From Oscillospiraceae bacterium (lineage in GTDB: Bacteria > Bacillota > Clostridia > Oscillospirales > Ruminococcaceae): a stretch of 64,000 bases of DNA. Position 1 is the first letter of the stretch. Each line of letters opens with the position of its first letter. The notes under the pieces were generated by a model. It was not told the DNA's origin, did not search any database, and saw nothing but the letters and a program-made list of their open reading frames with translations. Where the stretch lies: the NCBI GenBank assembly GCA_021201235.1, contig JAJQFI010000024.1, positions 266,657 through 330,656 of the forward strand, read 5' to 3'. Below, piece after piece: positions 9,773 through 18,140 of the stretch. The translations under genes were made by a program, and so were the position numbers.

Positions 9773-10627
9773 TCACGGCAACACCTCCTTTCTTGAATCA
9801 CCATAGAGGTCATGATTCACAAGTGCCGAATAGTAGTTGTCCATAGTCAACGAGGCGTTATACAGCGTTGTGAGTATGTAAGCCCGGATATTCCGGATGT
9901 CCGACGGGCAGTCATCCATCGCCTGAAAGACGTATTCAATATGCCTGCTGTCTAACTTCAAGAGGCGAGATTTAACTACTTCCTGTGGCATATCCTCACC
10001 GTTTATACGGATAGTCGGACGAGTAGAGCAAATTGCATCCAGCATAATCTCAACCATCTCGTTTGCTCGGTCGATGTCAAAACGCTTGTCCTGAGCAAGC
10101 GTTTCAAGTTCAAGATTATCCCGGATAATCTCTCTGTATCGCTCCCTCTCTTTCATCCCATCCATCCCATCAAGATTGATAGATTGATTGTTACTTACTT
10201 GGTCATTGATTCCATCAGTAATTACTTGATTAGTATTTATTTGTGCAGGATTATCCTTGTGTGGGTTGTCCATGTCTGGATTATCCACATCGGGATTTTC
10301 CATGTGTGGATTGCCCATGTCTGGCAAGCCCGCTTGTGGCTCCTCATATATTTCAAAAACCATGTTGCCGAGTCTTCCTTTTTCGTCTCGTTCACGATGA
10401 CGGATGAGATAGCCAGTTTCTTCAAGCTCACGAAGTGCCGAAAGGATTGCATCAGGTCCCTCTTTGCAGATTGCGGAAAGTCCTCTGGTTGAGAATCTCC
10501 ATCCGTCATTGAATGAGAGCATTTTCGATAACAATCCTACAGACTTCAAAGAAAGTCGCTTGTCCCGAAGATGATAATTTGACATGACGGTGTATCCACG
10601 TCTTCTATTTACACGATAGACAGCCAT
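9773..10627 (-). CDS. Winged-helix DNA-binding protein with DUF6017-like C-terminal domain (putative ICE replication/maintenance protein)
   Basis: N-terminal wHTH-like region (YTVMSNYHLRDKRLSLKSVGLLSKMLS..LRELEETGYLIR). C-terminal ..IRINGEDMPQEVVKSRLLKLDSRHIEYV.. Central DNP pentapeptide repeats. Confidence 0.5.
   Translation of the reverse strand: MAVYRVNRRRGYTVMSNYHLRDKRLSLKSVGLLSKMLSFNDGWRFSTRGLSAICKEGPDAILSALRELEETGYLIRHRERDEKGRLGNMVFEIYEEPQAGLPDMGNPHMENPDVDNPDMDNPHKDNPAQINTNQVITDGINDQVSNNQSINLDGMDGMKERERYREIIRDNLELETLAQDKRFDIDRANEMVEIMLDAICSTRPTIRINGEDMPQEVVKSRLLKLDSRHIEYVFQAMDDCPSDIRNIRAYILTTLYNASLTMDNYYSALVNHDLYGDSRKEVLP
10247..10321. repeat. In-frame 15-nt x5 tandem repeat encoding (D/E)NP(D/H)x pentapeptides
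   Basis: aggattatccttgtg / tgggttgtccatgtc / tggattatccacatc / gggattttccatgtg / tggattgcccatgtc. Encodes GNPHMENPDVDNPDMDNPHKDNP on the minus strand. Confidence 0.85.
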
Positions 10628-10630
10628 GCT

Positions 10631-10837
10631 TCAAGCCTCCTCATTCTTGCGTAAAGTAGACAGTTCGCAGACGGAGTAGGGGCATTTTTCAAACACGCAC
10701 GACTGGTCTTTCCAAAACGGACGATTAAACCGGCAGGTTCGGCATTCGGGGATAATGCCGTCATAACCACTGTCAAATTTCGAGTACGGCGATTCTTTCA
10801 TCATCGCCTCGAATGCGATGAAGCTTTCGTTTTTCAT
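10631..10837 (-). CDS. Small cysteine-rich protein (68 aa), function unknown
   Basis: SD AGGAGG 6 nt upstream of the ATG. Contains CxxC ... C ... CxxxxC. The stop abuts the start of the wHTH gene. Confidence 0.5.
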   Translation of the reverse strand: MKNESFIAFEAMMKESPYSKFDSGYDGIIPECRTCRFNRPFWKDQSCVFEKCPYSVCELSTLRKNEEA

Positions 10838-10910
10838 TTTATTTCCTCCTGTTTTTTGATTTTGAGATAAAAAAAGCCCCGCCAGTGGGTTTGCATTTGC
10901 AATGGCGGGG
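10832..10910. repeat. Direct repeat B, copy 1 (79 nt)
   Basis: tttcattttatttcctcctgttttttgattttgagataaaaaaagccccgccagtgggtttgcatttgcaatggcgggg. About 96 percent identical to 12158-12235. On the minus strand it reads hairpin + U-run + SD + ATG. Confidence 0.9.
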
Positions 10911-10942
10911 TAGCGTTAAACTGTTCTTTTGAGAATAAAGTC

Positions 10943-10971
10943 TTGATTTATGTGTGACTGTGTGATATAAT
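10943..10971 (+). promoter_or_regulatory. Sigma-A type promoter for the Rpn-family gene
   Basis: TTGATT, 17-nt spacer, TATAAT, with TGa directly upstream of the -10 (extended -10). Confidence 0.6.
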
Positions 10972-11005
10972 ATACTCACAGTAAGATAAGATTGGGGCGA
11001 TAGCG

Positions 11006-11878
11006 ATGGGCAACCTTCCAGAGAATCGTTTGGAAATAATTCAGCGTGGTGCTGAAAAAATGCAGAAGCAGAATTTGTTCAGCGACACATTGGCTTCAGT
11101 TGCACTGGAAGACATAGGTGCTTGTCAGCACGTTGTCCGTACGATTCTTGGCAAGGATGACATCGAAATCATAAGCGTAAAAGGGCAGTATCGCCTTTTG
11201 AATATTACATCGAAAGACACGATATTGGACGCATATGCACAAGATAGTACAGGGCGGCATATAAATATTGAAATCCAGCGCAGGGATACTGTTGATCATG
11301 CAAGACGAATCAGATACTATGGTTCTATGATCGATAAGAGCATTCTTGATAAGGGTGCATATTACGATGAGTTGCCGGACGTGTATATAATCTATATAAG
11401 CGAGACGGATTTGCTGAATGTCGGCGAGTCAGTTTATCCGGTTACAAAGACACTCGGAAAGTCCGGAATCCCATATGACGACGGCAATTATGTAGTTTTC
11501 GCAAATGCCACTGTTGATGACGGCAGTGAGGTTGCAAAACTCATGCAGTATTTTAAGAAAGCAGACCCGGACGGTATGAGCCAGGGAGCATTGTCTGAGC
11601 GCATTCATTATTTGAAACGCGAACAAGGAGGTTATGACGAAATGTGCAAAGTAGCAGAAGATCTTTACAACAAAGGCATCGAGCAAGGTATTGAGCAAGG
11701 TATCGAACGAGGTATCGAACAAGGTATCGAACAAGGTATCGAACAAGGTCAAACTGAGAAAGCAAAAGCCATGGCGATTAGTTTACACGCATCTGGTGTA
11801 GCAGAAGATTTAATTGCTAAGGCTGCAAACGTCAGCGTCGAACTTGTTAGAAAGTGGCTTGGTTTGGCTTCAGCATGA
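11006..11878 (+). CDS. Rpn-family recombination-promoting nuclease / PD-(D/E)XK putative transposase
   Basis: 290 aa. The core (..LDAYAQDSTGRHINIEIQRRD..YYGSMI..) has the nuclease-fold pattern of the Rpn/transposase_31 family. The C-terminus carries a (GIEQ)6 repeat. The exact start codon is uncertain. Confidence 0.65.
   Translation: MGNLPENRLEIIQRGAEKMQKQNLFSDTLASVALEDIGACQHVVRTILGKDDIEIISVKGQYRLLNITSKDTILDAYAQDSTGRHINIEIQRRDTVDHARRIRYYGSMIDKSILDKGAYYDELPDVYIIYISETDLLNVGESVYPVTKTLGKSGIPYDDGNYVVFANATVDDGSEVAKLMQYFKKADPDGMSQGALSERIHYLKREQGGYDEMCKVAEDLYNKGIEQGIEQGIERGIEQGIEQGIEQGQTEKAKAMAISLHASGVAEDLIAKAANVSVELVRKWLGLASA
11675..11746. repeat. In-frame 12-nt x6 tandem repeat encoding GIEQ/GIER
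   Basis: ggcatcgagcaa ggtattgagcaa ggtatcgaacga ggtatcgaacaa x3. Confidence 0.9.
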
Positions 11879-11904
11879 GATAGTTATGCCCAGATAAAGA
11901 AATA

Positions 11905-11974
11905 ATAGCTCAGCGGGTACTTTTGACTGTGAAATTATCACAGAATATGTGAGTACTTCGCTGAGCTATTTTTA
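11905..11974 (+). terminator. Long-stem intrinsic terminator after the Rpn-family gene
   Basis: ATAGCTCAGCGGGTAC ... GTACTTCGCTGAGCTAT followed by TTTTT. Confidence 0.6.
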
Positions 11975-12083
11975 CTCGCAGCGTTGTGAGAGTGGCTTGC
12001 CAATAAAAAGCGATGAGGACATGGACAATGCAGGCAAAGTGCAGGAAAAGCGCAGGAAAACGCAGGAACAAGGAAAGTACAAG

Positions 12084-12158
12084 TCAAAAGAACCATCACA
12101 CGGCGACTCTTTTTCTGTATCCAAGCTCAATCTTGTCCACTCAACTTCTCTATCCTCT
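12084..12158. repeat. Direct repeat A, copy 1 (75 nt, degenerate)
   Basis: tcaaaagaaccatcacacggcgactctttttctgtatccaagctcaatcttgtccactcaacttctctatcctct. 67 of 75 positions identical to 13954-14028. Directly abuts repeat B copy 2. Confidence 0.9.
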
Positions 12159-12235
12159 TTCATTTTGTTTCCTCCTGTTTTTGATTTTGAGATAAAAAAA
12201 GCCCCGCCATTGGGTTTGCATTTGCAATGGCGGGG
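12158..12235. repeat. Direct repeat B, copy 2 (78 nt)
   Basis: Differs from 10832-10910 by two substitutions and one T indel. Confidence 0.9.
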
Positions 12236-12360
12236 ATAAGTAGTGGATACTTAGTTGTGGTCGAAGCCTTTGTTTACCTGTCTCGCTCTTGACTAAACCT
12301 CGAATTTATGGTAAGCTATATATGAACCTAAAATTCGAAAGCACAAGGAGGCAGACTGAA

Positions 12361-13938
12361 ATGGGACTATATTTAAATCCGGGCAACGGATCCTTCCGAC
12401 AGATTCGTAATGGAATTTACGTTGATAAAACTGACATGATTGATTATGTGAACAGCACTGTTGACACACCGGCGAAGCTGACCTGTTTCAGCCGCCCAAG
12501 AAGATTTGGCAAGTCGTTTGCCGCAAAGATGTTGTGTGCTTACTATGACAAGAGCTGTGATTCAAGGGAGCTTTTCGCTGGCTTGAAGATTTCAAAGATG
12601 GATTCCTTCGAGAAATATCTCAATAAGTATGACGTAATATATTTGGATATAACCCGATTCATCTCAAGATCGAGAAGCAAGGGAACTGATGTTGTAGCAG
12701 ATATGCAACTGGCAACTATCGAGGAACTGAAAAAAGCATTCCCTGAGTTCGTAAAAGAAGATGAAACCTATTTGCCAGATGCGTTAGGTAGCATTAGCCA
12801 AGCTACTGGAAATAAGTTTGTCATAATCATCGACGAGTGGGATGCACTTTTCCGTGAAGCAAAGGACGACGATAATCTCCAAAAAGAGTATGTTCAGCTT
12901 CTGAGAGGATTGTTCAAAGGCGGCACAGCGACCGATGAAACAATCGCCTTAGCCTACATGACGGGCATTCTTCCAATCAAGAAGTACGGCACGGAATCGG
13001 CACTAACCGACTTCAGAGAGTATACCATGACAAATCCCTCGAGGCTGGCTGAATATGTCGGCTTTACTGAAGACGAGGTAAAGGCACTTTGCAATAAGTA
13101 CAATATGGACTTTGAGAGTATGCAGACTTGGTATGACGGCTATTCATTTAATCAGATACAGCACGTCTATAGTCCGAATTCTGTCATGCTTGCTATATGG
13201 AATCAAGAATTTAGCAACTATTGGACAGCATCAGAAACGTATGAGTCCTTGAAAAAATACATCGAGATGGACTTTGATGGTCTCAAAGGTGAAATTATCA
13301 GGATGCTAAGCGGCGAAGCCGTAAGAGTAAAAGTCAGCACATTCCAAAACGATATGACCTCGTTCAGAAATAAAGACGATGTCCTCACTTTGTTAATTCA
13401 TCTCGGATACCTTGCGTATGATAGCAAAACTCAAAAAGCAACTATTCCGAACTTAGAGGTTGCTGGAGCATTCGGTGATGCAGTCGGTGAAACCAACTGG
13501 GTATATGTGGCGAGTGCAATCAAAGATTCTGATGACTTGCTCGATGCAACGATTGCAGGAAAAGCAGACAAGGTCGCTGATGCTCTTGAAAAAGCACATG
13601 AGGGAGCTTGCTCTGTTTTGGAATATAACAACGAGGCATCCCTTAGTGCAGCGATTGTGTTGGCTTACTATACCGCTCGGCGACAGTATGAGATAGTTCA
13701 TGAATTGCCAACAGGAAAAGGCTTTGCCGACTTGGCATTCCTCCCTCGCAAGTATTCAGACTATCCAGCAATGGTAGTTGAGCTTAAGTACAATCAGGAC
13801 GTCGACACAGCAATCAAGCAGATAAAAGAGAAGCGTTACGACGGCAAGCTGAAAGAGTACTTCGGAAACCTCATCATGGTTGGTATCAATTACGACAAGG
13901 AAACTAAGAAGCATACTTGTGTGATTGAGAAAAGCTAG
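12361..13938 (+). CDS. AAA-ATPase-like protein with C-terminal PD-(D/E)XK nuclease domain (AAA-ATPase_like + PDDEXK_9 architecture)
   Basis: Start at MGLYLNPGNGSFRQI (SD AGGAGG 9 nt upstream). Contains CFSRPRRFGKS (P-loop-like), IIIDEWD (Walker B), and C-terminal ..GKGFADLAFLP..VVELKYN.. (nuclease D..ExK). Confidence 0.7.
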   Translation: MGLYLNPGNGSFRQIRNGIYVDKTDMIDYVNSTVDTPAKLTCFSRPRRFGKSFAAKMLCAYYDKSCDSRELFAGLKISKMDSFEKYLNKYDVIYLDITRFISRSRSKGTDVVADMQLATIEELKKAFPEFVKEDETYLPDALGSISQATGNKFVIIIDEWDALFREAKDDDNLQKEYVQLLRGLFKGGTATDETIALAYMTGILPIKKYGTESALTDFREYTMTNPSRLAEYVGFTEDEVKALCNKYNMDFESMQTWYDGYSFNQIQHVYSPNSVMLAIWNQEFSNYWTASETYESLKKYIEMDFDGLKGEIIRMLSGEAVRVKVSTFQNDMTSFRNKDDVLTLLIHLGYLAYDSKTQKATIPNLEVAGAFGDAVGETNWVYVASAIKDSDDLLDATIAGKADKVADALEKAHEGACSVLEYNNEASLSAAIVLAYYTARRQYEIVHELPTGKGFADLAFLPRKYSDYPAMVVELKYNQDVDTAIKQIKEKRYDGKLKEYFGNLIMVGINYDKETKKHTCVIEKS

Positions 13939-13953
13939 AAAGCTAAATGTAAA

Positions 13954-14028
13954 TCAAAAGAGCCACCACCCGGTGACTCTTTTTCTGTATCCAAACTCAA
14001 TCTTACCCACTCAACTTCTCAATCCTCT
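13954..14028. repeat. Direct repeat A, copy 2 (75 nt); contains a bidirectional terminator
   Basis: Hairpin AGAGCCACC/GGTGACTCT at 13959-13980, flanked by A- and T-runs. It would terminate both the AAA-ATPase gene (+) and the nitroreductase gene (-). Confidence 0.85.
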
Positions 14029-14121
14029 GCTTCCCGTAAAATTCGCTTTGAAGCACCCTTTTTGTCACAAACGCCGGCGCCCACCATCCAATGAGCATCG
14101 GCATTTGTATTTGTGTTTTTC

Positions 14122-14634
14122 TCAGATTCTCTCAACCGTCTCCGCAATCGGCTTCCTCGAGGAGTGGTTCTGCGAGGGCTCAGCGTTTTCGTCCGCATAG
14201 CCGAGGTTCAGCAGGCACAGCACTTCCTCGTTCTCGGGGAGGTTGAAGGCGGCTTTGACCTTGTCCGGGTCGATGAGGTTCAGCCACGTCGAGTCGACTC
14301 CGACGTTCTTCGCCGCAAGCATCATGTGAGTCGTGACGATTGAAGCGTCCTCGATGCCAGAGTCGCGCTTGCCGCCGGGATAGGTGAAGACGTTGCTCTT
14401 ATCGAACGCCACAATCAGCACGGTTCCGGCATTATAACGGCAACGGGTGAGCTCGTCGATTTTTGCAAGACCTTCCGCCGACTCAACGACGTAAATCCTC
14501 TGCTCCTGCAAATTCTTCGCCGTCGGAGCAAGCCGCCCGGCTTCCAGAATCTCTGCGAGCGCATCCGGCTCGACCGCTCTGCCGTCATAGCTCCTGCACG
14601 AATATCTCTCTTTAACAACTTTTATGAATTCCAT
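14122..14634 (-). CDS. Nitroreductase-family protein
   Basis: Start at MEFIKVVKERYSCRSY (SD AAAGGAG). Contains ..APTAKNLQ.., typical of the nitroreductase fold. Confidence 0.8.
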   Translation of the reverse strand: MEFIKVVKERYSCRSYDGRAVEPDALAEILEAGRLAPTAKNLQEQRIYVVESAEGLAKIDELTRCRYNAGTVLIVAFDKSNVFTYPGGKRDSGIEDASIVTTHMMLAAKNVGVDSTWLNLIDPDKVKAAFNLPENEEVLCLLNLGYADENAEPSQNHSSRKPIAETVERI

Positions 14635-14647
14635 AGTAAATCTCCTT

Positions 14648-15604
14648 TCAAATTCTGAACGTAGCCGCATTCCACATCTCACAGCCTCTTTCTTCTGTCA
14701 GCTCGAAGCCGCGGGATTTCATCACTTCGAAGACTTCGTCCTTGCGGTTGTCGATGATTCCCGAAAGAATAAGAGTGCCGCCCGGGGCGATTAGCTCCTT
14801 GAAAACGTCCGCCATCGCAATCAGCACGTCGGCGACGATGTTGGCGGTGATGAGAGTGTAGCCGCCGTCACAGGAAATCTTCCCGACCAGTTCCCTGTCG
14901 GTCGTGACATCGCCACAGAGGGCGGTGTATTTTTCGTCGGGGATGCCGTTCTTGCGGGCATTTTCGTGAGAGGTCTTCGCGGCGTCGGCGGAAATGTCAA
15001 CAGCGACAGCTGTGTCTGCTCCCAAGAGCATCGCCGCTATCGAGATGATTCCGCTTCCGGCTCCCAAATCGCAGACGGTATCGCCGGATTTAACGTACTT
15101 CTCCAAAAGCTCGAGGCAAAGGCGGGTCGTGTGATGCCGACCGGTGCCGAAGCTGTTCTCGGGGTCGAGGGTCAGGTTCACCCTGCCGGTGTTCTCGGGG
15201 ACTTCCTCCCACGACGGCGTGATGACGAGCTTCTCGCCTACCTCCATCGGCTTCCAGAACCGCTTCCAGCTGTTCGCCCAGTCCTCGTCCGCAACGGTTC
15301 CAAACTTCATCTCGAGGCTCCCGACGTCATCTCTCCATTTAAGGGAATCAACTGTGCCTCTGACAGCTTCAAGAGCCGTTGGGTCGTCCTTGTCGAGATA
15401 GACGGTGACAAAGGTGTCCTTCCCGCAGAGCTCCCAGACCTCCTCGCCGATATAATCCCAACTGGCGTTCTTGTTCCGCTCAAATTCGCGAATATCCTCC
15501 GGGTCGTTAATCATCAGCCCATCAATCCCCGCCGCAATCAGCGCATCCGACAAAGCCTCCACGCCCGTGTGCTCGGTGTATATTTTAACTTCAGTCCATT
15601 CCAA
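14648..15604 (-). CDS. prmA: Ribosomal protein L11 methyltransferase
   Basis: (L)EWTEVKIYT start (TTG with SD GGGAGG 8 nt upstream). SAM motif VCDLGAGSGIISIAA. Confidence 0.85.
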   Translation of the reverse strand: MEWTEVKIYTEHTGVEALSDALIAAGIDGLMINDPEDIREFERNKNASWDYIGEEVWELCGKDTFVTVYLDKDDPTALEAVRGTVDSLKWRDDVGSLEMKFGTVADEDWANSWKRFWKPMEVGEKLVITPSWEEVPENTGRVNLTLDPENSFGTGRHHTTRLCLELLEKYVKSGDTVCDLGAGSGIISIAAMLLGADTAVAVDISADAAKTSHENARKNGIPDEKYTALCGDVTTDRELVGKISCDGGYTLITANIVADVLIAMADVFKELIAPGGTLILSGIIDNRKDEVFEVMKSRGFELTEERGCEMWNAATFRI

Positions 15605-15686
15605 AACGTTTGCCTCCCAATTTTTGATGAGAAAAGTATAGCATGTTTTTGGGGAGAATGCAAGCGTTACGCCTACCTTCACAAAA

Positions 15687-15757
15687 TGTAGGGGCGGATA
15701 TCATCCGCCCGAACAACGTTGCGGTTACCATGCGGGCGGATAATATCCGCCCCTACA
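15687..15757. repeat. Pair of GC-rich palindromic extragenic hairpins (REP-like)
   Basis: GGGCGGAT-atc-ATCCGCCC (15692-15710) and GGGCGGAT-aat-ATCCGCCC (15734-15752), flanked by TGTAGG ... CCTACA. Confidence 0.8.
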
Positions 15758-15783
15758 AAAAAGCCTCCCCTGAAGCGGGGAGG
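15757..15783 (-). terminator. Intrinsic terminator of the ECF S-component gene
   Basis: CCTCCCC-tgaagc-GGGGAGG followed on the minus strand by UUUUUU. Confidence 0.75.
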
Positions 15784-15789
15784 TGAAAC

Positions 15790-16509
15790 TTACAAATTTC
15801 CGAGTTTATACTCAATATACAGCGCAAACGCCGCTATTGTCAGGACTGCGAACGCCGCTATGCCGATAATCGTCTTCGGGTTTATCTTCTTTCCCTCTCC
15901 CTTCGGCGGAAGCTCGGGGTTCAGGACGCTTGAAAGTCCGGTGTGGCGGAGCGGAACTCTCAGGGCGAGATAGAGCGGCACCGAAACCGCAACCGCTATC
16001 ACTGCGTTTACGGAGGAAGTGATAAGATTCGTCACAGTTGCGGTTATTGCCGTCTGAACCTCATAGCCGAGAATAATCTGCGAGAGGTATGTCTTCGCGA
16101 GATAGAGGATTATATAGGTGATTTGTCCCAGAATGCCGCTGATGAGAACGCCGGTGGTCTTGCCGAGGGTTGTGCCCTTGTGGCGAGTTCTGAAATATGA
16201 CGCAAGCTCTCCGCAGATATAGCCCATTGCGAATTTCGACAGGAACGTGAACGGCGCCGAGAAGATATAAACGGGATCGAGCAAATCATAGAGCCCGGCA
16301 CCGATTCCCGAAGCCAATCCCCCGCCGAAGCCGCCGAGGAGAAGTCCCGACAAGAGACACATCGAGTTGCCGAAGTGGATTCGGGTGATGAGCACGCCGT
16401 TCGGAATCTTTATCTGCAAGTAATTTCCGACAAAGCAAAGCGCCGCCATCATGCCGACCGATACCATGAAGTACAGGTTGTGATTTCTGGATTTAGAAGT
16501 GGTATTCAT
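15790..16509 (-). CDS. ECF-transporter S (substrate-binding) component-like membrane protein; substrate unknown
   Basis: 239 aa with 6-7 TMs and a Gly-rich TM (LLGGFGGGLASGIGAGLYD) typical of ECF S components. No riboswitch-length leader was seen. Confidence 0.5.
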   Translation of the reverse strand: MNTTSKSRNHNLYFMVSVGMMAALCFVGNYLQIKIPNGVLITRIHFGNSMCLLSGLLLGGFGGGLASGIGAGLYDLLDPVYIFSAPFTFLSKFAMGYICGELASYFRTRHKGTTLGKTTGVLISGILGQITYIILYLAKTYLSQIILGYEVQTAITATVTNLITSSVNAVIAVAVSVPLYLALRVPLRHTGLSSVLNPELPPKGEGKKINPKTIIGIAAFAVLTIAAFALYIEYKLGNL

Positions 16510-16766
16510 AAGAGTTGCCTCCCTTTCGTTTATGTCAACAATTCTATGCTAATTGAATCCAAATTGCAAATCGGTCGGAAATTTTATTTAAGCTTCTAAA
16601 TTGTGCAGATTGCATAGTTTTGGGGAGATTTAATCTCCGTAATAGTCGATTTTTCACAACGAATTTCGGAGTTTTTCTGGTTGATTTTCTCGGTTAAGAA
16701 AAATTGCACAACATCCGAGCCTGTTTTGAGGCTTTGAAGTGGGCAATTTGCAAGAAATTTTCGGAG

Positions 16767-16795
16767 TTGACAAAAGCGGCATTACGGGATATAAT
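16767..16795 (+). promoter_or_regulatory. Consensus sigma-A promoter upstream of the MFS gene
   Basis: TTGACA, 17-nt spacer, TATAAT, all exact. Confidence 0.7.
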
Positions 16796-16923
16796 GGAGA
16801 CAATATTTAAAAGTGAGGCACAATAATGCGTTGATCTGAATTTAAACACCATAATTTCGAAAGGCATGAGTTTCATGCTTGTTCGTCGTGTTTAAATTCT
16901 TATTTTTAAGGAGCGTATTAATT

Positions 16924-18079
16924 GTGTCTTTTTATTTTAATAGATTCAACTGCCTGCAGCTTTTCAACGGGCTTGTCTTTTATGCGCCGGTGGCGTTGCT
17001 CGTCAGAACTCAGGCGGGAATGACCGTCTCGCAGTTTTTGCTGTTGCAAGCTGTATTATCAATCGTAATCTTTGCGGGAGAGGTTCCCGCCAGAATGGTG
17101 ACCGACAGAATCGGCTATAAAAAACTCGATAGTCCTGTCGCAACTGCTTCTTCTCTCGGCAAGAGCCTGCCTGATGGCGGCATTTCTCATGAAGAGCCTT
17201 CCCCTGTTCGTCCTTGAAGCCGCACTTGAAGGGCTTTCAAACGTCTTCTACTCGGGGACCTACGACGCTTATCTCTACGGCGTTTACGGCGAGGAGGAAT
17301 ACTTGCGGAGAAGCACCCTTGCCAATAATTTCGGGACGACGGGATTTATTCTGAGCACCCTGCTCTACTACGTTTTCTACGCCGTTTTCGGAATGGTGGG
17401 GCTGCTGGTTTCGACTGTGGTTTCGGGCTTTCTGGCGCTACTCTGCTCGTTCGGGCTTGAAAAAGAGAAGTCCAAACCCGAAAAGCAGGAAAAGAGCTTG
17501 CCTGAGGTCTTCAGAAGCCTGCTTAAGAGCCGTGAGCTCTGGGTTATGATGCTCGTGTCGGCGTGCCTCACGATGGCGATGCTGTTTATAAACTTCTTCT
17601 ACGTCGACAAACTGATGGCTGTCGGGCTTGACGAAAAGCTGATGACACCGATAATTTTGGGCTATTCCGTGGTCGAACTGCTGAACGCAAGAATTGCCAA
17701 GCGTATCAACTCGAAGAATCAGAAGATTTTCTTCGCTGTTTCGGGTCTTATTCTGAGCTTCGGCTTGATTCTGTTCGGCGTATTGAGTGGCGCTATGCCG
17801 GTTGTTATCTTAATGCTTATCCTGCCACTTCTGGTCGATATCCCTTCGGTGATACTCTCAAAGTACGAAAACGACCTCATCGACAGCATTGGTGCCGAAG
17901 AAAATTGGGCGACGGTTCTGTCGGTATTCAGCATGGGCGGAAGCCTCCCCGAAATAGCGATGCTTCTTATCTCGTCGGCTCTGTCGGGAGCAGGAACGGC
18001 GGTGTGCTTTATAGCTTTGGGCATTGCGATAGCCTTTATTTTACCTACATTTTGCCTTGACAACATGCACAAAAAATGA
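16924..18079 (+). pseudogene. MFS transporter interrupted by a +1 frameshift at an A6 run
   Basis: Frame 1 encodes TM1-2 and the motif VTDRIGYKK up to 17124. Frame 2 continues from 17126 with SIVLSQLLLLSARACLMAAF... to 18079. Frame 2 is closed by TGA at 17099-17101, so the indel lies within 17119-17126. Confidence 0.7.
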
Positions 18080-18140
18080 TATCATATAATTTTGGATATG
18101 TCTAAAATAAATATTTTTGTGTATGGAGGTAATTTTAATC

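Larger units (their letters stand above)
1..10910 (-). mobile_element. Transfer (type IV secretion) module of an integrative conjugative element; the window starts inside it
   Basis: Co-directional minus-strand genes for TopB, DUF4366-like, DUF4315-like, PrgI-VirB4, VirB6-like, Maff2, VirD4, PcfB and a wHTH protein. This is the gene set of the Clostridia CD1108-CD1115-type ICEs. G+C looks lower than right of about 14.1 kb (by eye). No integrase or relaxase is in the window, so the true ends are undefined; the cassettes up to 14028 may still belong to it. Confidence 0.8.

Noticed and set aside
11675-11746. Tandem 12-nt repeats as a possible CRISPR or minisatellite
   Set aside because: The units are contiguous with no spacers. 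They lie in frame inside the Rpn-family ORF and encode GIEQ repeats, so this is a protein repeat.
11949-12239. Short ORFs in the region between the two nuclease cassettes (96 aa +, 60 aa +, and the 63-aa minus-strand MKEDREVEW...)
   Set aside because: They are built from repeat A/B sequence and a GCAGGAAAA-type low-complexity stretch. The minus-strand ORF borrows the SD/ATG of repeat B, and its coding part is a decayed copy of a terminator region. They are likely remnants, not genes.
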